From Vermamoeba vermiformis (taxonomy: Eukaryota): a DNA stretch of 64,000 nt. Position 1 is the stretch's first letter, and every line of letters begins with the position of its first letter. The notes below the pieces were generated by a model, which did not search any database, was not told the DNA's origin, and worked only from the letters and a program-made list of their open reading frames with translations. The position numbers and the translations under genes are program-made. The stretch is taken from assembly GCA_045837725.1 (NCBI GenBank), contig JBEWZL010000232.1, positions 310,001-374,000 on the forward strand. The letters are read 5' to 3'. This document shows positions 1-11,157 of the stretch, piece after piece.

Positions 1-408
1 TTTAACAATACTCAACGCAAGGTCTACGGCTAGATTAATAGCTGCACCAAGTCCGTGGATAACAACCTCGGCATCACTGCAAAAATGACAGATCAGTACT
101 TTTGCTTGAGATCGCAACTAACTTACGGGTCTTTATCGAAGATTTTGGCTACTCGCTTGCTTGCAACGACAAAATTTGTTTGTGTAGATACGTAAATCTC
201 GTTTTTCTTGCCGAACGTACGAATAGGCGGCCGTTTTACCATTCGATCTGCCAATAATTCCAAAAATTCAGAAAAAAATCGAATTAAATGCACTGAATAT
301 CATACATTTAGTAGGATCGACGTCGTGTATTTCTGGAAATTCCCAGCCCCAGGTTGCGTCACCTTCTTCCTCGATCTCCATGTTATCTTCGGTTTCTTGC
401 TTATCCAT
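1..408 (-). CDS. POP7: RNase P/MRP subunit Rpp20/Pop7 (Alba-like), 3' end outside the window
   Basis: Spliced translation MDKQETED...DPTKYRMVKRPPIRTFGKKNEIYVSTQTNF...VVIHGLGAAINLAVDLAL matches the Rpp20 motifs (N-E/D-IYV, IHGLGxAINxA). GT-AG introns near 306-250 and 126-78. Confidence 0.8.
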
Positions 409-728
409 GACTGAGTATGGACGTCAAAGCAGTTGGAATCGCAAGTATTTAGCCGTCAAGATAGCCTTGAGCCGTGGCAGTGGATGATAAGCACGTGGGT
501 TTGAGCTTTTATCAATTTTAGTTTGATTTTTGAACACGAAACTTTTGAATTTATTTGACTGCAGGAGCGAAGTAAAGAAAGACACAAAGGGCAGCTATCT
601 TATATATTTTTTTCATTGCTATTATTGGGCACCTAGCTCCTATCCAATGAACAACTAGAGGCTAGTTTACTTCCCGCATCAAAAAAAATCAAAAAATTAA
701 ATAAAAGCAGCGCAACGCATGAATTAAG

Positions 729-3700
729 ATGGCAATGATTCAACGTAGAGACATCCTTGATAAGAAGGATGAGGCCGAACATGTAAGTCGATATCAAAGC
801 TCAAAGGGCAACCCACATAAGATCGGATCGCTGCAGAAACATTCTCGTTTTCTGAAGAGCTGATTTAAGTGAAATTACATTATTCAACCATTTTTTGCTC
901 GGCACAGTATCTCAAACGTGATCCAGTGCCACTTCCAATCGAGCTACACAATGGTTGACTTTTTCCTTTTATGGAAGTCCCTGTCATTGCTAACGCAACA
1001 TTTTTAGTTTTGGTCCGAACACTTTCGAAAGCTGCTTGAAATGACAGCCGGCAAGAGCGAGCAAGAAACAAATTCAATTCTCGTCGGTCTGGTACGTACA
1101 TACATGTCACACTTCTAAAAATAGGCTCACACGTGATAGGTCTCTTCAATGGATCGACACAACGAGATCACTGAAGGAATCATGTACGGCATTATGACCG
1201 ACAAAACCAACGCGTTAAAGGTATGCGCATAATATCTTCGCTAAAAATATTATTAACCATTCTGATAGTACTTTCAATACTTGAATTTGGTGAATAGAGA
1301 CAAGTTCAGCTGCTGCATTCAACGACTTAGATTTCTATGCCTCGATCGATACGCAAAACTGACCGACACTGCAAGAGTTCAAGTACGTCCACTCAAACTG
1401 TAGTATACCAATACTAACCGTGCCTGTAGCTGTTATGGTTCGTGAACCGAATGATTGATCTCGATGTGCGCGAGACAGATGCGCTGTTCAACGCATTATT
1501 GCGACAAATTGTCACGGGGGATCTGACGCCAAAGAACATTTGGCTTATTCATCAAATGATGGACATGTGGACGAATCATCAAAGCTGGGTCTTAACTCAA
1601 CCCGCTTTGCTGCCACAATTGTTATACACCATTTTATCTGTCATGGTCGATCACTTTAAGCCTGGCTTTGAGGCCGTGAAAGATCGAGAAGTGGCCCTGT
1701 GTCTACAGATCTTAAAAGAACGGGCCAATGAAGTGAAGGTCATTGGACGCGATTTAATTCGACTCGTGCAACAAGTGGCGTATTATCCCGAGTTTGATGA
1801 CATTTGGCGCGACATTCTCAACAACAAACAGTCGCCGTTGTACTTCCCAGAACTCACTAAGATGCGCACGTCTCGGCTGTATTTCCAATTGCGGTCACAG
1901 CCTGAGATGGAATCGTTATTGCTCTTCATCATGAAACAGGTACGAGAAGCTTAACAGCCTTATCATAGCCGCGACTAATTGTGACGTTTAACAGGTCAAA
2001 CTTGGCAATCAAAAACGATATCAACAGTGGTTTCAAAACAAGTATTTTGCACGCATGGAGAACGAGTCAATATTGCCGGACGTCGTGAGATTTATTTGCG
2101 GCTGTTGGCACCCTCCCAATCAGATTCTCAGCTCTGACATCGTGCAACGCTGGGTCGTGATTGGCTGGCTGTTGAAATCAATCAAGGTACGTGTTAAGAG
2201 CTGCTGTAGTCTCATTACTAACGTGCTCTTTGAAGAATCAAATGGTGTTGACACATACAAAGCGAGCATTGATGTACGACTGGTTCTTTTTCGATCCAAA
2301 AAGCGATCATTTAATGAACTTGGAGCCTTCAATGCTGCTCATGTATCACTCGATTCCTAAATACGTCGACATCACATCAACTCTGATTGACTTTTTGAAC
2401 AACGAGTTCTTGGTCTTCCCGCAATTCAAAGATGAACTCAAGCGCGGCATCAACAGCGCGATCAAAGTCATTTTGGACAAAGGCGTCGTGCCGTAAGTTG
2501 CTTTTAAAGTTCAATTGGATTATAGCTAATGTCTTTTAGCACGATTGAGCCTATCTACACGTGTCAGTTGATCGAGCCACAACTCCGTGAAGCAATGAAA
2601 ACACTGTTTGCTCCTTATGTCCCAGCAGACGATCAGCTTCCAAGTCCACGTACTAACAACGCAGCCGATGTCCCTCAACCACCGCCTCGTCCTCCACACC
2701 GGCCTGATGAGCTCAAGCGTTCTGACTCATCACTGCGATCCTCACAAGGACCTGCCAGTCAACCGCAGACACAAACAGCCACAACCGTGCCTGTGAACCC
2801 TGTCAGTCTAGCACCCACAGCAGCTGTTAACACCGGCAATAGTCCGCCAGCCGCACGAGCCACAACCCCTCAAAAGCCACCCCTGCGCAAGTCAAGTGGA
2901 CCTCCGTCAGCACCCGTGTCCCAGGCCTCAACACCCTCACCTACACCGAGCACGCACACCACGACTAACACAGCCGCCCCCGCGCCATTGAATATCTCTG
3001 CTGCTGCCAACACGAGCAAAGATGTCACAGTTACAACTGCCGTCAAACCTCAAGCCCCAGGACCAGCAGCCCCTGTCAAACAAGCACCGAGGAATGATGC
3101 CTCGAATGATGATTGGATGGCTGCGTGGACGTCTAACATTCAAAAAGCCACGCGTGAAGGAGGACTAGTCGCACCTGCTGCCAACGCCAGTCCGTCACCC
3201 CTCACTTCACCACTGCTGAAACGTAAGTTGTTACGCTTAACAGAGGCCTGTGCCTAACAGTTGATTAGAAGCTGCAACAGACCCTTCACCGCCACCAGTG
3301 CCGCTGCGCAAGAGTGGCGAGGGCAAGTTCTTGAATGCATTCGGCAACATGTTGACGCAGCTGAAGAGTTCACAAAACAACATTGCCAATGCACGCAACG
3401 TACTGAAGAAGATCATTTCAACTTTCTTGCAACTCGTACGTAGTTGATTGTTATTTAAGTGCACTTATTCATTTATTTGTTCAGTGCGAGCACTTTGTGA
3501 ATGACGGCAACGAGAACGTCAAATCAATGACGTCAGACCTCGCCAAGGCCCTGCTCGACGTGATGATAGAAGAGTTCAAAGAGAGTCGTGCGGATCAGCT
3601 CTTCTCTGCCGCACACAACGAACAGACCTTGCACATCTTGCTGTTCGATACTTATGTGGAAAAGAAGGACAAGTCCGTGCTCTATCTCATCAAACAGCTG

Positions 3701-5281
3701 CGCAAGTTAGAGCCCTCGATTGGGTACCGCTTCATTTGCTACTTGATGGAGCGGAATAATGTGTTGCAGGGTGACAGTCACTTGGCCAAATTTGATCTGT
3801 TTGAAAAAGCAGTGACCTCGGAGGGCGAGGTAAGTGTCACATCCATATGGATCCACCCAGCGGAATAATTAATAATCGATTGACTCCATTAGGATAAGGC
3901 CCTAGCACACTTTTTGGCTCAATTAGACAAGCGTAAAGCGGACACAAGTCAACAAAAAGTGACGGCGCTGTTGCCTTATTTGGAACTCCTCAAGCTGAGC
4001 AAATCCAACTCCTCCAGCTGGACACCGCAGTCAATTTTCATCGGAGACTGCAAGACCTGTGCTGAGGCCGATGTCTTGCTCTTCGTGGACCTCGTGCCAC
4101 ATTTGTTCAGATTCGCCGAGCAAGCGCAGATTTCCTTAAAAGGCAATGTGGATTTCATCCAAGCCATCGTGTCCTCCGTGTACCCTGCACAGCTACAACA
4201 CTTGGCGCGGCAATTGATCACCAAAGAAGTGCAGCTGATTGGCGACACGACCAAAGAGTTGCTGCAGTCAGCATCGCAGTCCCTGAGCTGGGACAGTTTT
4301 CAACAGTATTGCTACTGGCAGCTCGTGGAAGCTGAGTGCGGTCATCACCAAGACATGCTCGAAGAAGCATTGCCGCTGTTGCTGGCCAAGATCAATCCGC
4401 TCACGCACTGCGAGGCCATCAGTGGCTTGACGTCAATTTTGCGCAACTTGAACCCGACTGAAGCCATGCTCGGTGCACTGCTCATGACTGCACTGCCCTT
4501 CGCGCCATTTGTCTCGACATTGCTGCACAGTTGGGGCTATCAGCTGGTCGATGAACAGCTCGGCGTCAACAAGATCAATCGCAGCTACGAGTTCTTGGAC
4601 TCACTCGCTCAGATCTTGAGTGGACTAGCCAAGGGCAAGGTCAACACGACACGCACGGTGCTGCGACACGTCACTGTGTGGCGAGCAGTGGACGGTGACA
4701 CGTGTCAAAAAGTGATCTTCAGCAACAAAGGCTTCAAAAAATTGTTCTTGACAGCCATCACGCAGCACAAGTTGGAGAGTGAATTCGACGCGCTGTTCAA
4801 AGTGTGTGCCAGTGACGCTGCGCCAGCGAGTGCCGTGACGAAGAAAGTGAAAGAAGAGAAAGAACACAAAGTGGCGCACAAGAACAACAATGGCACGAGC
4901 ACCAAGAAGGGCACAACGACAGCAGCGAACAGTACAGCCAACAAGAAGAAAGACGACAAACAACAGAAGAACAACAGCACGCGCAAAACTCAACGGGGCC
5001 AAGCATCATCGAGTTCGTCCGAGAGTTCATCTGAAAGTGAATCTGGCTCGGAGTCTGAGAGCGAGGAACAAGACAGTGAAAGCAGCAGCAGCAGTGGGGC
5101 TGATGACTTTCAGACCCCGAAAAAGAAAGTGACAGGTGTCAAACGGCGACGCGTGTCAAGCGAGTCAGCGAGTGACAGCGACAGCAGCGAAGAGAGCAGT
5201 GAAGAAGAGAGACCGACGAAAAAGACTAGCGCTAAAGTAGAGCACAAGAGGAAGAGGCGCAAGGTCGACCACGGCACGTGA
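729..5281 (+). CDS. INTS3: Integrator complex subunit 3 (multi-exon)
   Basis: Motifs LLRQIVTGDLTPKNIWL, IGRDLIRLVQQVA, VKLGNQKRYQQWF, DVVRFICGCWHPPNQILSSDIVQRWVVIGWLL, ALMYDWFFFDP, MNLEPSMLLM, IGYRFICYL, SLSWDSFQQYCYWQL. Pro/Thr-rich linker and Ser/Glu/Lys-rich tail. Confidence 0.88.
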
Positions 5282-5481
5282 TTTGCCTAAAAAGGAAATA
5301 ATATAATTTGGATGGCACCTTAATTTTGTGAATAATCAGCGGTAAATAAGAAACAGCTTCAATGTCAAATAAAATGTAAATAACGATTAAACATTAATAT
5401 ATGGACTCTTATTAGTTCTATTTACAAGTTTATTATTCATTTTAATTACAAGAAATTGTTTTCAGATCCGCTGCATCCAAT

Positions 5482-6869
5482 CTACCAACCGTATTTCTTT
5501 CTGGACTCAGCTCTGTTCTGTGCTTGTTGTGCGCGTATCTCCGAATGTTGCAGCTCTCTAGCCTTGTATTCAGCCACCAAATAACTGATGTGGTGTCTGG
5601 ATTTGCCCGTTCTGCTCACATCGGCACGTGCGGCTGAAGCTTCGAGCATCAATTTGGTCTGTTCTTTATTGTTCTTGCCCATAGACAGTAGTCGAGGGTC
5701 ACCCAAGTGCTCGCTAGCATTCACAGTCATAATTGGCGCTGATTCTAAGGCCCTTCTCAGCTAAAATAAACCACATCCGATCAGTTTCCAAGTAAAGCTT
5801 AGAATAAGAGTGATAGGCTTACCTCTGGGTTCTTGCGCATTAACTCTTCCATATTGTCGTCCCGTGCAGGCTGTTGGACTTGTTCTGACTCCGGATACGC
5901 TCCGTAAGCTGCGGGATCGTACTGGTAACCTTGTTGTGCGTAATAAGCAGCTGCATTAGGGTCGTAGTAATTGGCGTAGTATTGTTGATAGTACGCAGCA
6001 TATTCTGCACTGGCCTATCAATAGAAAATAAGCGTTCAAATTCGCATTCAATTCCGCATCTGAATACTTACTGGATCTGGTGGTGGCATTGCTGCAGGAC
6101 CGGCATCTTGTTGCGGTGTAGCCTCACTAGCACTATTATCAGCTAATGGTGCCTCAGGTGCCTTCTCTAAACAGAAATCAGGTCAGATCCGGTTGACTTT
6201 CCTCAGCAATCAGTGCTACGTACCAGTGCTAGTCTCGCTCTTCGCATTGATCGCTTTGATCATTTGGGCGCGCAAATTGGTGATTTGTTTCGGTGCGGCT
6301 TTGACTGCACTCGTTGTTGGCTTTTTGACTGGCGCAGGTACATCCTCTTCAGCTGATCCCTCATCGACTGCGGGTTTAATAGGCGCATTATTATTACTCA
6401 TGTTAGTAGTCTTGATTGGTGCACTAGAAGCAGGCTGGATCTGCTCTTCTTCCTCGTTTTCTTGTTCATCCACATCCTCGTCGCTGTCATATTGCGCTAA
6501 TAACGGTGCAGCAGCAGTGGTAGTGTTGGACTTGATAGGTAGTATAGGCTTGTCTTCTATTTGTTGTTTAGGCTTGGGCAAAAGCTGTGCTAATGACGCG
6601 CCGATCTTTTGTTTTTTTAGCGGTCTTTGGATCTCCTCTTCATCGTCAGGGGTGTCTTTAATCACCTTCAGGGGCACTACAAAATTAATTTTTCGTTTTT
6701 TTCCATCCGCTGGCTCGTCTGTATTAATTTTTGTATTTTGAATTTTATTTTCTTTCGCTGGTTGGATGGAGGGCTGAACTGTGGGTGCTAATGGTGCTGT
6801 GGGCCCTACATTATTATTTACATTATTGTCTTCATCGTCTGAACCATAATCAGCTGAAACTAAGCTCAT
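5482..6869 (-). CDS. PRCC: PRCC-like proline-rich splicing/mitotic checkpoint factor
   Basis: N-terminus MSLVSADYGSDDE and C-terminus HHISYLVAEYKARELQHSE...NRAESRKKYGW match the ends of the PRCC family. Confidence 0.8.
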
Positions 6870-7077
6870 CTGTGATAATTCTAAAATTATTCTTTGACAC
6901 GGCTAGATCCAACAAAAAATAATACAAATTCGCGTGTTAGATCATACACGAGCACTATTACAATAAAAACACCTCGCTAACCATATTTCTCCCGAATAAT
7001 TTTGATAAAAAGCCGAAAACCGAGATGGGAAACCGAAATTTTAGATAGAAACGAAAATACAGCTGTCAACTACCACA

Positions 7078-7911
7078 ATGTCATATGCCACAAATTGTCC
7101 GATATGTTTAGTTATATTAGACTATCAAAACGATATTATTGGAGGTCTGCTTGAAAAAGACCGAATAAATTTGCTCAAATCCACAAAGGCTGCCATTAAT
7201 GCCGCAAGAGCTCGCGCGATTCCAATTATATTTGTTAAAGTCGCATTTAGACCTGGCTATCCTGAGGTCAATTTGCGCAACAAAATGTTTGCTGGCATTG
7301 TAAAACAAAATGTGTTGACCGGTAAGCACTACATCTGCTTTTAAAATTATCAAAAATATTTGTAAATATTTTATAAATATGTAATTTTATCGTGTTGATT
7401 TATTTTGTAAATTTCGAATCGATGGTTGGCAAATTAAATTAATTTTGAAATTTTGGCGCGAGATGTACTTTAATTAACGAATTTGAACAGAGGGCAAGCA
7501 AGGCACTAATATTCACGAAGCAGTACATCCTGAAGAAGGTACGATTACACTAGCCTATTCTCTTCTTTTCTTTTCGAATTTTCTTCTCTCGGATGTAGCT
7601 CCGGAGCCTAATTCTTTGTACCATTAGGCGACATCGTGTTGACTAAGCGACGCCTTGGTGCATTCGCAGGCACCGAGCTCGAAGCATTGTTGCGCAGTCG
7701 TGGCGTGACAAAGCTCGTGCTGGCAGGCATTTCCACGAGTGGCGTGGTGCTCTCCACGCTCAGATGGGCCTCGGACCTGGACTACGATGTGACCGTGCTC
7801 TCGGACTGCTGCGGCGACAGAGATGAAGAAGTGCATTCGATGCTCATGGCGAAAGTGTTCCCGCGCCAAGCGACAGTGTTGAACAGCGCATCTTGGATTG
7901 ATTCACTGTAG
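7078..7911 (+). CDS. Isochorismatase-family hydrolase
   Basis: LVILDYQNDI, AARARAIPIIFVKV, KRRLGAFAGTELEALLRSRGV, LAGISTSGVVLST. Three exons (introns about 7322-7490 and 7539-7627). Confidence 0.88.
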
Positions 7912-7974
7912 TTTGTAAGATCTGCGTTACTTGTACAGCTTAGTTGTGATTAGTAATATAACTAAATACGATTA

Positions 7975-8800
7975 TTTATTGCCGCCTATTGCCACCTATT
8001 CTCGCTCAATTCTTTCTTGCATTGAACAGATTTGAATCCGCATGTAGCGCTGTTGCTGCTAGTCCAAACCGACGGTCTTAAACTTGCATCACCTAGATCA
8101 GGCTATTGTTCTATTCTTGCCACAGCCTCGGAGCAGTCCTCCACGCGGTGCAGGCCCACCAATCTCTGTTCACGCGAGATTAATTCCACTTTGTTTATTC
8201 CGCCAAAGTGAAAGCCACACCAGCACGCAGTTGGTGCTCCTCACGCGATCAATGATACCCGCGCGTGTTAATGCTTGGTTTATTAAGGTGTCGCCAAAGT
8301 AAGTCGTGATTTGGAGCTGTAAGCTGTGCAAATCTGTTTCAGAACATTCTTAAATCAAGCAAAAAGCAGACATTTCTGCCAGTAGCAGCTAATTTGACTA
8401 TACAGCTCGATTATAATAGCTATAGCCATCCTAGTTAACTGGGCCTTAGTGGATTGTTTTACGTTTCTTAAGAAATTAATTATTCCATCCAGTGTCTGAA
8501 GCAGATCCGCTCTTAATTATGCTCGGACAATATCACCGTATGAATGATTATGTACTAAATACCCTATTAATTATAGAAAAAAGAGCGTCAGACCGCGTCG
8601 AGTAATTGAAAACAAATCTGTCCAATACTCGCAGCTGCTCAGATTCATCTTCACCAAGTCGCTGTATTACATGTCAATAGACAATAGTGTATATACTCAA
8701 CAACAGCACCAATCTTGCAAACGAAAACGATGCGAAACAGAGCTCGATCAAGACACGGAACACCGAGTCAAGCGAATTAAAGCTGGCAGGTGACTGAACG
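7975..8800 (-). pseudogene. Possible decayed protein-coding gene
   Basis: Protein-like stretches (QITTYFGD...RSTNC / CWCGFHFGGINKVELISREQRLVGLHRVE) are broken by a frame change and stops. No intact ORF. Confidence 0.25.
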
Positions 8801-9999
8801 ATTAAGAAATTTTGTTATATATACCTCCCTTATAATTGCGCGGCTATTGTAAATACTCCTCGACTCTCCCTTGTAATATTTGTAATTAATTTTTGGATTC
8901 ACCCCTTTTATGGAGAAGAATAAAAATAATCTCTAAATAATCGCGTGCAGCCCGTGCTACACATATTATTATAATATACGAACCTAGTATATTATTTTAT
9001 GCCGATTGTCGCTTCGTTTGCGCCGTTTCTAAAGGATCTGATAAAAGATCGCAAAGCCATTCAATTTCGGCACCAGCGCCGTTTGAGAGATTTTAATAAT
9101 GATAGAATATAGGACGATACTAAGGACATATCAGGCCCAGTTTCATAACGGCAGCAAGTCCCGCTTAAATAATGTGAATCACTTTCTTATCGAAATTACT
9201 TAAGGTTTATCGCCCAGTAATCTATTCAATTAATTTTTATTCGTGCAATAGGATAACATATAACTATGCATACGATAAGTGTTTCGGCTGCTTTGTAAGA
9301 TATTTAGCGCGTGCTGTCGCATCTGCATTTTGGCGCGCTTTTAAACAGGTTTACAATTACGTGGTGATTGCAACGAGCAAATGGTACGAGCAATAATTGT
9401 TTTTATTATAATATCAATAATATGAAATTGCATTAGACGTTAATTATAGCAGCTGTGATGGGAGATCAGTTCTAATATTTTTCGTTAAAAATGAAACGCA
9501 TGATCACTTCGATATTATCTATGCATAGATTATGAATATTATACTCACCTATCGGACGTTCTTATTAATAAATATTCAGGTCGGAGCCAAAATCCGCTCA
9601 GGTCAACTTGCAAGTCCGGCCCACAAATTTGTCTGCTCGTCTAGCTCATTAATAGACCCGCTTTAAGGCATTTTCAATCATGCGAATAGTGCAGCGACAG
9701 TTCGTGTTGTGCACGGAGTCAGATTTAGTTGATTATTGCCTGAAAGGTACGCGCAATCGATTCCTTACGATCGAGCACAAAATGCTGCAATATTGTGACA
9801 AAAAGAATACATTTGGCACTGCTTATGTGTTAGTTGAGAAATATAATCGCTGAAAAGTGCGGTAGATCTGCTTGGCATTCGTTGTGGCCAAAGCTGATTT
9901 TTAACCTTTTTTCGTGCGCTGTAGCGTGACAATAGAGGCTTAAAAAAGATCACGTCGCTTAGTTTTAATCAATTTCAATTACCTTTAAACAATACAACC

Positions 10000-11033
10000 A
10001 TGGATTCTCTCAACAAACCTCTTACGACCGCATCTCCCTTGGATAAGCCTCTTTTGCAGAAAGAGCCTTTAAACAAGCCCCTCACTACCCCTAGCGACAC
10101 CCTCTTCGCTGGTCAAAGCAGTGCAGCAGGAGGCATTTCAAATCTGCCTGCCGCTACAGTGACTTACACCGAATCCAAGCTTGAGCCCATTATCACCATC
10201 AAGGAGGTCCCTACGTCTGCTCCCATCCTCTCCTCTTCCCTCACCACTACTACCTCATCGACTCTCTTGCCGGGCGAAAAGAAGCTCCGATCCGAATCTC
10301 CTCAGCTCGATCTAGAACGCGGCTTGAACAAGCCTGTGCTCGGTGAAAAGTCACCCATATTAGGGGGCGAAATAGGCGCCAAGTCCTACGAGCGCAAGTT
10401 GGACACGCACTTGGACCAGAAGCTTGAAGGCCCGTCCTTGTCGCGTCAAGCAGGCTCTGAACAGATGGGCAACAGCGGCGAGACTAAGCGACGGTCACCT
10501 ATCGAGCCCTCGCCTTATCCTACTGCTGTCGGCACGACCACTGTGGGGTTGATGCCAGGTGCTGAAGTCCCTGCAAATCTCGGTGGTAAGTGTTGCAAAT
10601 TTGACACTCGAAATTCTCACGTCGCTAACGAAATTTCAATGATTTAGCGACACCGGTAACCACTGGCTCTAGCTCTAGCGTGTACCCCACTGGCCACTCG
10701 ACTGGCATCGCGACCATCGATGAGCGCGCTCACTCGCCGTCCCGATTGACAACTGTCGCGGAAGATGTCAAAGTGTCAAAACACCACAAGCACCACAAGC
10801 ACTTGCACCACGAAAAGCTCTCGCACGAAGAGAAGAAGAGCCTGAGCAACGAAGAGAAGTACGCCTTGCACGAGCGTGAAGCTGCGCGCGCTGATGTTGA
10901 GGGCAAGGGCGTGAAGGCAGCCGTTGAAGACGTGAAGGCTGGCTATCGCAAGACTGAAGCCGAGACCGAGGTCAAGGAGAGCAAGCATCACAAGCACAAG
11001 CACGGTCACAAGAAGGACAAGACTATTGTTTAA
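10000..11033 (+). CDS. Hypothetical low-complexity hydrophilic protein with His/Lys-rich C-terminus
   Basis: Two long ORFs joined by a GT-AG intron about 10587-10647. Repeated L(N/D)KPL motif. Coding-like codon bias. Confidence 0.7.
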
Positions 11034-11157
11034 GACCTGTCCTCAGTGCTGCACTGTCAGATCCAAGCCCGCGTGAAGTGCACGACACTCACGTGTGACT
11101 GCATCTGACTTGAATTATTTATGAAGTAAAATAAATTAGTTAAGTATTAGTTTTATA

